This document shows positions 38,342 through 48,434 of a stretch of 64,000 nucleotides of DNA, one piece after another. The DNA comes from an uncultured Bacilli bacterium (lineage in GTDB: Bacteria; Bacillota_I; Bacilli_A; ML615J-28; CAG-698), in assembly GCA_934096585.1 (NCBI GenBank), contig CAKOMG010000001.1, forward strand, positions 2,256 through 66,255, given 5' to 3'. Each line of letters opens with the position of its first letter. The stretch's first letter is position 1. A program made the position numbers and the translations under genes. The notes under the pieces were generated by a model, which was not told the DNA's origin, searched no databases, and was given only the letters and a program-made list of their open reading frames with translations.

Positions 38342-39164
38342 ACTTTGGAAGTTCCTCTAATTTGTTTTTAATCATTTGATATACTTCATCACTAATTTCT
38401 TGCGTATTTTTATCTTTGTAATCTTCATATTTCAATACATCTACTACATCATAATAAATATATGTTGATCTAAATGGTGTTCTTTTATGAATTTGACATG
38501 AATTTTGAATAGCACACACAACAATTGGCGAATGAGATTTAACAGCTATTTTGAAAGATCCATGGTGAAATTCCTTCATTTCATAACCTTTACTTCTTGT
38601 TCCTTCGGGGCAAATAGCAACACTAAATTTGTATTCTTCTATTTCTCTTATAGCTTCTTGTATTGTCTTAATACCATTCCTAGCATTATTTCGATCAAGT
38701 CCTAAGAATCCAGCAGCAGTTGCATGTACACCTAATACTGGAACTTTCATTAAAGAATCTTTCATAATAAAAATTAGTGGAAAATATCTCATTGTCCAAA
38801 GAGTTTCAACAGAATCATAATTTGATTGATGATTACTAATTAAAACAAATGGCTTATCAGTTGGTATTTTTTCAAGTCCGCGAACCAATACTTTTACTCT
38901 AGACACTTGTAAAAAAAGTTCACAAACTGCTTTAATTAATCTTTGAGCATATTTACTTGGTTTAGTGCGATGTTTATTTTTAATTGATAATATCCAAGAA
39001 CTTAAAAATAAATAAATAGCTAACAAAATAAAACCAACTATCGTTGAAACAATAAACGTTACTATAACAATCCATAAATCTCCCCAACCATTTACCCAAC
39101 CTGTAAAGCAAGATAAGCAAACAGTAATTAACGAAGCAAATAATAATATTGTTACTAAAAGCAT
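38334..39164 (-). CDS. plsC: 1-acyl-sn-glycerol-3-phosphate acyltransferase
   Basis: N-terminal TM helices. NHQSNYD (HX4D) and CPEGTRS acyltransferase motifs. Confidence 0.8.
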   Translation of the reverse strand: MLLVTILLFASLITVCLSCFTGWVNGWGDLWIVIVTFIVSTIVGFILLAIYLFLSSWILSIKNKHRTKPSKYAQRLIKAVCELFLQVSRVKVLVRGLEKIPTDKPFVLISNHQSNYDSVETLWTMRYFPLIFIMKDSLMKVPVLGVHATAAGFLGLDRNNARNGIKTIQEAIREIEEYKFSVAICPEGTRSKGYEMKEFHHGSFKIAVKSHSPIVVCAIQNSCQIHKRTPFRSTYIYYDVVDVLKYEDYKDKNTQEISDEVYQMIKNKLEELPKYE

Positions 39165-39170
39165 TATTCA

Positions 39171-39638
39171 TTACTTCCTTTCATAAACACAAAATGACAA
39201 TTCACCACTATCACGTTGTGAAATTTTTTTATATTTATTCCAATCAATTGGAGGAAAATATACATTACCTTCATATGCTTTATTTACATGTGTAATATAT
39301 AGTCTATCAACATAAGGTAGACTTAATTTATATATTTGGCTTCCACCAATTACGAATATATCTTCTTTAATGTTTTTTAAAAAGTCTATTAAATCATTAA
39401 CAACTTCTACACCTTCGTAAGAAAAGGATTTATCCAATGTTGCAACAATCATCTTACGATTTGGCAATAATTTCCCAGTACGAGAAACAATTGAATAAAA
39501 AGTTTTTTTACCCATCAAAACAGTTTGATTCATCGTTGTTTCTTTAAAATACTTCAGATCTTCTTTATAATGCCAAGGTAAATCATTGTCTTTACCTATT
39601 AAATTATTTTGATCTAGTGCTACTATCAAATTTATCAT
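39171..39638 (-). CDS. folA: Dihydrofolate reductase
   Basis: [32 protein letters not shown]...VLMGKKTF...VIGGSQIY are the classic DHFR motifs. Confidence 0.9.
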   Translation of the reverse strand: MINLIVALDQNNLIGKDNDLPWHYKEDLKYFKETTMNQTVLMGKKTFYSIVSRTGKLLPNRKMIVATLDKSFSYEGVEVVNDLIDFLKNIKEDIFVIGGSQIYKLSLPYVDRLYITHVNKAYEGNVYFPPIDWNKYKKISQRDSGELSFCVYERK

Positions 39639-40519
39639 TATACTGCCACCGGTGCTTTGATTCCTTTATAAGGATTGTAATCAGTTAATTCAAAGTCATC
39701 ATATTTGAAATCAAAAATATTTTTAACTTCCTTATTTATATTCATTTTTGGTAAACTTCTAGGTTCACGTGACAACTGTAAATTAACTTGTTCTAAATGA
39801 TTACTATAAATATGAGCATCACCTATTGTATGCACAAATTCACCTAATTCCAAATTGCATACTTGTGCAACCATCATTGTAAGCAATGCATATGATGCGA
39901 TGTTAAATGGAACACCTAAAAAAGCATCTGCACTTCTTTGATATAGTTGACAACTTAACTTGTTATCTTTAACATAAAATTGAAATAATGTATGACAAGG
40001 AGGAAGCGCCATTTCATCAATAAGTGTAGGATTCCAACTAGACACAATTAGTCTACGAGAATTTGGATTAGTTTTTATTTCGTTTATAACCCAAGCTAAT
40101 TGATCTTTATATTTACCATCTGGTCCATCAAAATGTCTCCATTCATGTCCATAAACTGGTCCTAATTCTCCATAAACTTTCGCAAACTCATTATCTTCTT
40201 TGACCTTTTGCACAAATTCTTCTAATGTTTCGCCATTATAATCTTTGCTTTTTTTGAATTTTTCATATGGCCATTCGTTCCAAATTTTTACATCATTATC
40301 AACAAGATATTTAATATTAGTGTCACCACTTATAAACCATAATAGTTCATGTATTATTGATTTTAAATGTACTTTTTTTGTTGTTAATAAAGGAAATCCT
40401 TCATTTAAATCAAAGCGCATTTGATAACCAAATGTTGAAATAGTTCCAGTTTTGGTTCTGTCATCTTTATTTGAACCATCATTTAAAATATGTCTCAAAA
40501 AATCTAAGTATTGTTTCAT
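39638..40519 (-). CDS. thyA: Thymidylate synthase
   Basis: ...[10 protein letters not shown]...[11 protein letters not shown]...[12 protein letters not shown] are ThyA active-site motifs. ATGA overlap with folA. Confidence 0.95.
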   Translation of the reverse strand: MKQYLDFLRHILNDGSNKDDRTKTGTISTFGYQMRFDLNEGFPLLTTKKVHLKSIIHELLWFISGDTNIKYLVDNDVKIWNEWPYEKFKKSKDYNGETLEEFVQKVKEDNEFAKVYGELGPVYGHEWRHFDGPDGKYKDQLAWVINEIKTNPNSRRLIVSSWNPTLIDEMALPPCHTLFQFYVKDNKLSCQLYQRSADAFLGVPFNIASYALLTMMVAQVCNLELGEFVHTIGDAHIYSNHLEQVNLQLSREPRSLPKMNINKEVKNIFDFKYDDFELTDYNPYKGIKAPVAV

Positions 40520-40531
40520 TCTATCCTCCTA

Positions 40532-41707
40532 TTATATTATATGTAACACTACGCATTTCAAATAAAATGATTCATCACTACCTACTAAGGTTGGATGATC
40601 CATTGCTTGTATACGAAAATCTATCATTTGAACATTTCTTTTTGAGTCAACACTTGCTTCTTTTATCATTTCTAAAAATAAAGCAGGAGTCATATGTTGA
40701 GAGCAAGAAAAAGTAAATAAAATTCCACCGCTTTTAATAATTTTTAATGCTTGTAAGTTGATATCTTTATAACCTCTATAAGCTTTTTCAACTGTATCTT
40801 TTGATTTAGTGAATGCAGGTGGATCAAGGATAATTACATCATATTTATTTTTACAATCTTCAAGTCTTAAATAATCAAACACATCATAACATATTGCCTT
40901 AATGTTATTAAAACTATTTAGCAAAGCATTTGCTTGAATATCTTCTACTGCCTTTTCACTTATATCGACAGCATCTATATTCTTAGCACCATATTTGCTG
41001 GCATGCAAACTAAAACCACCAGTATGTGCAAAACAATCTAAAACACACTTATCTTTCACATAATCTTGTAATGCTCTTCGATTATATTTTTGATCTAGAA
41101 AGTATCCTGTTTTTTGCCCATTTTCTATGTCTACATACATCTTAATTCCATTTTCTTCAATTTGAACAAGAGGATTAAAGTCACCATATACAATGCCTTT
41201 ATATTCATCTAATCCCTCTTTTAGACGTACGCTAACATCACTTCTTTCATAAATACCCAGTGGATGTAAAATCTCAACTAATAATTTAATAAACATTTGT
41301 TTTCTTTTTTCAATACCTAATGATAAAACTTGAATAGATAAATAGTCTCCATACTTATCCACAATTAAACCCGGAATAAAATCAGCTTCTGAAAATATTA
41401 ATCTACAATTGTTATCAAGTCCTAAATCTTTTCGATATTTCCAGGCATCAATAATTCTCTTTCGAAAAAAATCTTCATTGATTTCTTCATTTTTTCTTGT
41501 TAAAAGTCTTACCATAATTTTACTTGAGCTATTAAAAAATCCTTTGCCTACATATCTATTATCAAAACTATAGACTTCGCATATTTCTCCAGAAATAATC
41601 TTTCCTTCAAAAGATTTAACTTCATTATTAAACACCCAAGGATGACCTTCTAACAGTCTTTTTTCTTCGCCTTTATTTAAAAATACTTTAAAAATATTAT
41701 TTTCCAT
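40532..41707 (-). CDS. rlmI: Class I SAM-dependent rRNA (cytosine-C5) methyltransferase, RlmI/YwbD-like, with PUA domain
   Basis: N-terminal PUA-like region (LNKGEEKRLLEGHPWVFNNEV). Then Rossmann MTase (DCFAHTGGFSLHAS, ILDPPAF). The start could be GTG 41716 or ATG 41707. Confidence 0.65.
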   Translation of the reverse strand: MENNIFKVFLNKGEEKRLLEGHPWVFNNEVKSFEGKIISGEICEVYSFDNRYVGKGFFNSSSKIMVRLLTRKNEEINEDFFRKRIIDAWKYRKDLGLDNNCRLIFSEADFIPGLIVDKYGDYLSIQVLSLGIEKRKQMFIKLLVEILHPLGIYERSDVSVRLKEGLDEYKGIVYGDFNPLVQIEENGIKMYVDIENGQKTGYFLDQKYNRRALQDYVKDKCVLDCFAHTGGFSLHASKYGAKNIDAVDISEKAVEDIQANALLNSFNNIKAICYDVFDYLRLEDCKNKYDVIILDPPAFTKSKDTVEKAYRGYKDINLQALKIIKSGGILFTFSCSQHMTPALFLEMIKEASVDSKRNVQMIDFRIQAMDHPTLVGSDESFYLKCVVLHII

Positions 41708-41830
41708 TTTAACCACTTTTTCTACAATTTAATACTAATGTATTATATCACAAAATGTTAATAATTGCAATAAAACAACTGATGGAAAATGTATAAAAAA
41801 GTAGCCCATCATGAGCTACTTCCATTTAAA

Positions 41831-43759
41831 CTATTGAATTAATGTGAATTCGCAATTACCACTTGTAATATCACCCGTTAATGATAATACATCATTTACA
41901 TTTACATCATCAAAGAATTTATGAGATGGATATGATGAACTTATCATAATATAATAATCGCAAGTTGCAAAATCTTCAGCAACATTTAAATCCTTCTTAC
42001 CTGTTACTTTATAATTATCGCCATCTTTAGTTATTTTTACAATATAGAAATAAATATAACTACTTCCGTGATCTAAAGCATCGTAAGAATAAAGTATTAC
42101 TTTTGTTGCATAATCAGTCCACAAACCTGAATTATAGCATCCAATTGTAACATGTCCTGTTGGTTCAGGTTTTGGATGTTCAACATCAACTGTTCCTTCG
42201 AATTTAATGTTGTTGTATTCACAAATTGCTTTTTCACAAATTTGAGATACCAATGTTGTTCCTTTATATTTGTAGTGTAAGAAATCATTTAAATATAATT
42301 TATAGTTATCTTCAACGATATATTCATCAAGAGGAATAACACCTAAATTATGATCTTCAGCAAATTGTCTAATAGCAGCATTATAAGCAAGTCTACCTTC
42401 TTCAGTATATTTCATACCTGTATATGCTGAATAACCTAAAGTACATACAAACACTTGTGTACCACATAAGTTATAGATTTTTGATAAAATTGTTTCATAT
42501 GCAGCAATAAAATCAGCAGCTGAATAGCCAGCACATACATCATTAGTACCCAAATATAAAATAACAATATCAGGATTTCCGTTTTCAACTAATGTATTTA
42601 ATCTTGCATCACTGCATCCAGCACTATCATTAGATCCAATTGCTGTAGACCCACTCCATGAGTTATTAATACCTAATACCATATTAGTATGATTTAATAA
42701 TTGAGCCCACCAAGTTTTATCAACAGTTTTTACATCAGGACAATAAATTGGATAATAATATCTTCCTTCTTGTCCATAATAACTATTCATTTCTGAACCT
42801 TGTGCATAGAATGTTGAAATACTATCACCTAAAATTGATACCTTTTTGCCTGTTAAATCTGTATATTTAAAATTTTTAATTGATACTTTATAAACAGCTG
42901 TATAAGAAACATTTTCAGTAATAGCTTCTACTGGTTTGTCCCAGCCAATAAATACAAATGAACGTCTTTCATCTTCTTCTTTAGTTGGATCAGCAGGAGC
43001 AACTGGCATTTCACCATATTCAACTTCTTCACTCTTTAAAACTGTTCCATCACTATTAAGAAATGTATAAGTATATTTGTTTTTAATTTCTTCATATTTA
43101 GCTGTGTAAGTAACATCACCAGTAACAGCTTCAATTGCTTTATCCCAACCTATGAATTTAAATGTAAATTCTTCGTTTGCTTGTCTTGTGGGTTCTTCTT
43201 CTGGAGCAACTGGCATTTCACCATATTCAACTTCTTCACTCTTTAAAACTGTTCCATTATAATTTACGAATTTATATTTATAAACATTTTTTTCTGTTGT
43301 ATAAACAGCTGTATATACAACATCAGCTTCAACTTTAGTAATTTCTTTATCCCATTTAGAAAATACATAAGTAAATTCAGCTGTTGCGTCTCTTTCTGGT
43401 TCATCTGGAGCCACAGGTAAAGTTCCGTATTCAACTCTTTCTTCTTTTAATACTGTTCCGTCGTAATTTACAAATTTGTAAGTGTATAATCTTTTCACCT
43501 CTTTATATTGAGCAGTAAAAACTACATCACCTTCAAGTTTTCCAACTTCTTTATCCCATCCAATGAACTCATATGAGAATTCATTTGTACTTTCTTTTGT
43601 TGGGTCAGCTGGAGGCGTAATTTGACTTCCTTTTTCTCCCTTACCTTCAAGTAAAACTGTTCCATCTTCATTAACAAACGTATAAGTATATTGCTTAGAG
43701 CAACCTACTAAAACAAAAGCCAATAATAAAACCAAAACTAATGCAAAATGTTTTTTCAT
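41831..43759 (-). CDS. Surface lipoprotein: 4 Listeria-Bacteroides (InlB B-type) repeats + C-terminal SGNH/GDSL hydrolase
   Basis: Lipobox LVGCSKQ. Four repeats of about 65 aa (YTY.F(V/L)N.DGTVL....VEYG..P.AP..P......F.F.GWDK). Then ILGDSISTF (GDSL block I) and GTND (block III). Confidence 0.7.
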   Translation of the reverse strand: MKKHFALVLVLLLAFVLVGCSKQYTYTFVNEDGTVLLEGKGEKGSQITPPADPTKESTNEFSYEFIGWDKEVGKLEGDVVFTAQYKEVKRLYTYKFVNYDGTVLKEERVEYGTLPVAPDEPERDATAEFTYVFSKWDKEITKVEADVVYTAVYTTEKNVYKYKFVNYNGTVLKSEEVEYGEMPVAPEEEPTRQANEEFTFKFIGWDKAIEAVTGDVTYTAKYEEIKNKYTYTFLNSDGTVLKSEEVEYGEMPVAPADPTKEEDERRSFVFIGWDKPVEAITENVSYTAVYKVSIKNFKYTDLTGKKVSILGDSISTFYAQGSEMNSYYGQEGRYYYPIYCPDVKTVDKTWWAQLLNHTNMVLGINNSWSGSTAIGSNDSAGCSDARLNTLVENGNPDIVILYLGTNDVCAGYSAADFIAAYETILSKIYNLCGTQVFVCTLGYSAYTGMKYTEEGRLAYNAAIRQFAEDHNLGVIPLDEYIVEDNYKLYLNDFLHYKYKGTTLVSQICEKAICEYNNIKFEGTVDVEHPKPEPTGHVTIGCYNSGLWTDYATKVILYSYDALDHGSSYIYFYIVKITKDGDNYKVTGKKDLNVAEDFATCDYYIMISSSYPSHKFFDDVNVNDVLSLTGDITSGNCEFTLIQ

Positions 43760-43771
43760 TCTTTTTCCTTT

Positions 43772-44224
43772 CTATTTAACAAAAATTAAAATTAATGCTA
43801 AAACAAATGAAACTACTGCACTAATGCCAAGTATGATTCTTTTCCATAATGCCAAATCATTTTTCTTTGCACAGCCTACACGGAATAAGCTAATAAAGTA
43901 CAAATAAATAACAATTAGATAAAAACCACCTAGTAAAGTACATGCACCACAAATAATTGAGAATAATATTGACAATAAATAATTAGCAATCTTAATTGTT
44001 CCATTAAAATAAAATACACTTGCAAGAACAATTAAAATAAGTGGATAAATAATAGATGTTGCTATCACTAATCCTTTTGTCAATTTTGAATCATCTTTAA
44101 CATTCCCATTATTTGTAACATTTGCTTGATCAACTGGTTTTGCATCAACAACCATTGATTCTTCGCATTCTTTACATACTTCTCCTTGTTCAATCTCTTT
44201 TCCGCAGTATTTGCAAAATGGCAT
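43772..44224 (-). CDS. Zinc-ribbon membrane protein
   Basis: GGGGAGG RBS then MPFCKYCGKEIEQGEVCKECEE (CxxC...CxxC), followed by 3 TM helices. About 150 aa. Confidence 0.5.
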   Translation of the reverse strand: MPFCKYCGKEIEQGEVCKECEESMVVDAKPVDQANVTNNGNVKDDSKLTKGLVIATSIIYPLILIVLASVFYFNGTIKIANYLLSILFSIICGACTLLGGFYLIVIYLYFISLFRVGCAKKNDLALWKRIILGISAVVSFVLALILIFVK

Positions 44225-44287
44225 AATCTGTACCTCCCCTTTCACTATCAATATTTTATCATATTTGTTCATTTAAATCAATAAATA

Positions 44288-44308
44288 TTGTGAAAAGAAA
44301 TTTCACAA
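44288..44308. promoter_or_regulatory. Perfect palindrome TTGTGAAA-N5-TTTCACAA (Rex/CRP-FNR-like operator candidate)
   Basis: attgtgaaaagaaatttcacaat read directly. It lies just upstream of the TTGATT-17-TAAAAT promoter of the zinc-ribbon gene. Confidence 0.35.
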
Positions 44309-44356
44309 TTTTTGACAAAATGATTATATATATACAAAATAATTTATATAATAAGA

Positions 44357-44388
44357 AAAGCAAAATGTTGGGGGCATTTTGCTTTTTT
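44357..44388. terminator. Rho-independent terminator after the MacB-like ABC operon
   Basis: AAAGCAAAATgttgggggcATTTTGCTTTTTT. Confidence 0.55.
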
Positions 44389-44469
44389 AGAGGGAATAAT
44401 TTTTGTTCTCAATCTTTACACTATACATAACACAAAATATTTAAAAAATATTCCATAAATTTTTATTTT

Positions 44470-46743
44470 TTATTCAATTCCCTTTAATGATTCAACCATA
44501 TTAATTTTTTTATTCTTTTTAGCGATTAATACACTAACAACAAATGATAATGCAATAATTAAAACAATAGTCACAATATATGTTAGTAAATAAACATGAG
44601 TTACCATTTCATATTCACTAGCCATTTTAAAAATCATAAACTTTAAGAAATATACTCCAATTGGAACACCTAATATTAAACCTACAAAAGTAATCCATAA
44701 GTTTTGACTTATTAATAAATTACCTATTTTTTGATCTTTAAACCCTACTACTTTAAGTGTCGACATTTCACGATATCTCTCCATATAACTCATAACACCT
44801 AAATTATATAATACAACAGCACCAAGAACTAATGCTGCTATTATAAATAATATTACCATAGCATTCATTATATCCATATAAGTATCAAATGATTTAATAA
44901 TATTATTTTTAGTTTGAACATTATTTATCAAATCACTATTTTCAATATTTTCATTAACACTATAGATTGTATTAATTTTAAAATCATAATTTATATCTTT
45001 AGCAGTATTTGTTGTTAAAACAATTGATTTACTTAAACTTCTAATAATTCCAATTATTTTAACTTTATAAGATTCATTAGTATCAAACAAAGAAAATTCA
45101 ATATTATCTCCAACTTTATACCCAAATTCTTTCGCAATTCGATTGCATATATAAACACCACCATCTTCTAATTTAATTGTTTTTTCTTTATCATCTAAGA
45201 ATTTTACCAAATCATATTTTATATTATAAATTTCTAATGCTACTGTTTTTTCTTCAATTTTAACGCTTGTAATTGAAGCATAATCACCTTGATATTGTTC
45301 TGATAATGTTATTGCATTTTCATTTGTACATTTGTCTGAAGTAGAAATTCTAACCTTATAGTTTATTGCTTCATCATAAAATATATTTACAAAATCACTC
45401 ATTGTATCTCGCATACCTAAAGAAGCAATGATTAAAATTGTACAACCAAACACTCCAAATAAAGACATTAAGCTTCTTGCTTTATGTCTCATTATATCTC
45501 TTAAATTCCATTTAGCACCAAAACTTAGTTTTTTCCATAATTTTCCTTTTTCAATCAATAATGGTTTCATTTTTTTAGGAGCATATGGTCTAAGAGCATC
45601 AGATGCAGTTCCTTTTAACATTCCTTTAATTGATAAATAACCTATAGATGTTAGCAATCCTAAAATTAATACTACAATAATCCATCCAAACCAAGGCATA
45701 TACAAATGCCAATAAGGCATGTCCATATATGTTCCCATACTACCATCAGGATTCATAATATAATAGGCAATTAAAAACCCAATTCCTATCCCTATTACTA
45801 TGCCAATCGCCCCAACAAAAGTTGATAACGATGTATAATGACCAACTATTTTTTTATCTTTAAATCCTAATGCTTTTAAAATACCAATTTGCGTTTTTTC
45901 ATTTATAGCTAATCGATGCATTGTTGTAATCATTGTTAAAATAGCAATAATCAAAAATAAAACTGGCAAAATGGAAGTCATTATTTGTCCTTCTTCAACT
46001 TCTCCTTGAGTTTGCGCATAAGAAACAACTTCATTTTTGGATAAAACAATAACAGTTTTATTTAACACTTCTTCAATTTTATTTGTTATATCCTTTGTAC
46101 CTAACTTAGACTTAATATTTATTTGTGTATAAGTTTCAAAACCTAAATGGTGCTTTAAAGTTGCTGGAGAAATATAAGCAAAGCCAAACGTATTATAATC
46201 AGGCATTAATTGTGATTCATCAGGCACACAAATTAAATACTCACTTGCCTTAATTAATCCAACAATTTTTTCTTTTACAGTAAACAATTGATAAGTTAAT
46301 TCAATCGTATCTCCTACTTTTAAATTATTATGTTTAGCATAACTATCAGATAGCCATATTCCTTCGGTTGCATTTTCATCATATTCCTTACCTTCTCCAA
46401 TAAGTTTAAAACTAGAAACATTAAAATTACTTGTTACAGTCAAGGCTATTACTTTGTCTGTACCTTTTACAGTAGCATTTATTGACAAATACTTTGCGAC
46501 ATCATCAACGCCTTCAATATTTTTTATTTTTTCAAATTCATCATTTTGAATTACATCTTTTGTAATAATTCTATAATCTGCAAAATTAGTTTCATCATAA
46601 AATTTATTGGTATTTTTTTCAATACTATACCATTCAATATTAAAACCTATAAATACTCCAACCCCCATTGCAATCATAATAATCATGGAAATAAATTGAG
46701 CTTTATATAGTTTTATTGTCCTTAACATTTTTTTAAATAGCAT
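44470..46743 (-). CDS. ABC transporter permease with two FtsX-type modules (MacB/YtrF-like, 757 aa)
   Basis: Two FtsX modules, each with a large extracellular domain followed by TM helices. Pairs with the upstream ATPase (stop/start 2 nt apart). Confidence 0.8.
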   Translation of the reverse strand: MLFKKMLRTIKLYKAQFISMIIMIAMGVGVFIGFNIEWYSIEKNTNKFYDETNFADYRIITKDVIQNDEFEKIKNIEGVDDVAKYLSINATVKGTDKVIALTVTSNFNVSSFKLIGEGKEYDENATEGIWLSDSYAKHNNLKVGDTIELTYQLFTVKEKIVGLIKASEYLICVPDESQLMPDYNTFGFAYISPATLKHHLGFETYTQINIKSKLGTKDITNKIEEVLNKTVIVLSKNEVVSYAQTQGEVEEGQIMTSILPVLFLIIAILTMITTMHRLAINEKTQIGILKALGFKDKKIVGHYTSLSTFVGAIGIVIGIGIGFLIAYYIMNPDGSMGTYMDMPYWHLYMPWFGWIIVVLILGLLTSIGYLSIKGMLKGTASDALRPYAPKKMKPLLIEKGKLWKKLSFGAKWNLRDIMRHKARSLMSLFGVFGCTILIIASLGMRDTMSDFVNIFYDEAINYKVRISTSDKCTNENAITLSEQYQGDYASITSVKIEEKTVALEIYNIKYDLVKFLDDKEKTIKLEDGGVYICNRIAKEFGYKVGDNIEFSLFDTNESYKVKIIGIIRSLSKSIVLTTNTAKDINYDFKINTIYSVNENIENSDLINNVQTKNNIIKSFDTYMDIMNAMVILFIIAALVLGAVVLYNLGVMSYMERYREMSTLKVVGFKDQKIGNLLISQNLWITFVGLILGVPIGVYFLKFMIFKMASEYEMVTHVYLLTYIVTIVLIIALSFVVSVLIAKKNKKINMVESLKGIE

Positions 46744-46744
46744 A

Positions 46745-47446
46745 TTACCACTCTACTTCCTCAACACTTGAAGGGTTGGCTTGATTTTCAAGTGACTTAA
46801 TTTTACCATTTTTTACTCTTATAATAGTATCCGCAATCTTTGCAATATTTTGATTGTGAGTAACAATAACAATAGTCTTATTATGATTTTTACACATTGA
46901 TAATAAAAGTTTTAAAACAACTACTCCTGTTTGTGAATCTAATGCTCCTGTTGGTTCATCGCAAAGAACAATTTCTGGGTTTTTTGCTAACGCTCTTGCA
47001 ATTGAAACTCTTTGTTGTTCACCACCAGAAAGTTCAGATGGAAAATTATTGATATGATCAATTAATCCTACTTCTTCTAACATATCTTTTGCACTAATGT
47101 GTTTTTTTGATATTTCATTAACTAAAGAAACATTTTCTAAAACAGTAAGTGTAGGAATAAGATTATAGAATTGAAAAATAAATCCTACTTTTTCTGCTCT
47201 GTATTCTGCTAATTCATCATTATTTAATTTTGATATATCTTTACCATCAACTTTTATTTTACCACTAGTAGGACTATCAAGTCCCCCTAATAAATTTAAT
47301 AAAGTTGACTTACCAGCTCCACTTGGTCCCAAAATGACAATTAATTTTCCTTTTTCTAAAGTTAAGTTAACTTCGTCTAATGCTTTTAAAATATGATCAC
47401 CAGCAGAATATACCTTACTTACTTCTTGAAACTCTACAATATTCAT
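46745..47446 (-). CDS. ABC transporter ATP-binding protein (MacB-type ATPase)
   Basis: AGGAGG RBS then MNIVEFQEVSKVY. GPSGAGKST, LSGGEQQRVSIARA, LCDEPTGALD. Confidence 0.9.
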   Translation of the reverse strand: MNIVEFQEVSKVYSAGDHILKALDEVNLTLEKGKLIVILGPSGAGKSTLLNLLGGLDSPTSGKIKVDGKDISKLNNDELAEYRAEKVGFIFQFYNLIPTLTVLENVSLVNEISKKHISAKDMLEEVGLIDHINNFPSELSGGEQQRVSIARALAKNPEIVLCDEPTGALDSQTGVVVLKLLLSMCKNHNKTIVIVTHNQNIAKIADTIIRVKNGKIKSLENQANPSSVEEVEW

Positions 47447-47459
47447 ATTACTCCTCCTA

Positions 47460-47525
47460 GTTAGCATTTGCTAACTTAATATTAAAAAATAAAAAGTTGC
47501 AATGCAACAGTTAGCTTGTGCTAAC
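47460..47525. promoter_or_regulatory. Cluster of three short perfect palindromes in the 5'UTR/operator region of the ABC operon
   Basis: GTTAGCAttTGCTAAC (47460-47475), GTTGCAaTGCAAC (47496-47508) and GTTAGCttgtGCTAAC (47510-47525). They lie between a TTGACA-17-TAAAAT promoter (47532-47560, minus) and the RBS. Confidence 0.45.
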
Positions 47526-47562
47526 TATATTATTTTATACTTTTTTTTAGTTTTTGTCAAAT

Positions 47563-47594
47563 AAAATAATAAAAAAGCACTGTATAAGTGCTTT
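47563..47594 (-). terminator. Terminator of the ZIP transporter gene
   Basis: Minus strand AAAGCACTtatacAGTGCTTT + TTTTTATT. Confidence 0.6.
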
Positions 47595-48374
47595 TTAACC
47601 TAATGCTACATCAAGAATCATCATAAGTATAAACCCTATAGTAAAGCCTATAGTAGAAACATTTGAATGTGTGCCTGCTTGTGCTTCTGGAATAAGTTCT
47701 TCTACTACAACATACATCATTGCTCCTGCTGCAAAAGATAATAAATAAGGTAATATTGGTGTAATTATATTAATTAACAATACTGTGATTATTGCAGCAA
47801 TTGGTTCAACAATTCCAGATAATGTTCCATATAGAAATGATTTTCCTTTTTTCATTCCTTCACTTTGTAAAGGCATGGAAATAATTGCACCTTCAGGAAA
47901 GTTTTGAATAGCAATTCCAATTGATAAGGCAATAGCTCCAGATAATGTTACTAAAGCATTATTTTGCATAGCCCCCGCAAAAACAACTCCAACCGCCATT
48001 CCTTCTGGAATATTATGAATTGTAACCGCAAAAACCATCATCGTTGTTTTCTTAAGTTTGCAACTTACACCTTCAGGTTCGTCCGCATTTAAATGAAAAT
48101 GGGGAACTAAACTATCAATTAATAGTAAGAAGGCAACTCCTAACAAAAAGCCTATCGCTGCAGGAATAAATGATAATTTTCCATAAGAGCTAGACATATC
48201 AATTGATGGTATAATTAAAGACCAAATTGATGCAGCTATCATCACTCCACCGGCAAAGCCTAATAAGGCTTTTTCAACTTTTGCATTTAATTCTTTTTTC
48301 ATTAAGAATACCATAGAAGCACCTAATGTAGTGCCTAAAAATGGTATTAATATTCCTATAATTGTTTCTTTCAT
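47595..48374 (-). CDS. ZIP-family divalent metal transporter (ZupT/GufA-like)
   Basis: 259 aa, 8 TM. HNIPEGMAVG and NFPEGA metal-binding motifs of the ZIP family. Confidence 0.8.
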   Translation of the reverse strand: MKETIIGILIPFLGTTLGASMVFLMKKELNAKVEKALLGFAGGVMIAASIWSLIIPSIDMSSSYGKLSFIPAAIGFLLGVAFLLLIDSLVPHFHLNADEPEGVSCKLKKTTMMVFAVTIHNIPEGMAVGVVFAGAMQNNALVTLSGAIALSIGIAIQNFPEGAIISMPLQSEGMKKGKSFLYGTLSGIVEPIAAIITVLLINIITPILPYLLSFAAGAMMYVVVEELIPEAQAGTHSNVSTIGFTIGFILMMILDVALG

Positions 48375-48434
48375 ATTGACACTTCCATTATTATTTTACC
48401 ATTTTTAAAATAAAAATCAAGAAATATGACCTTT

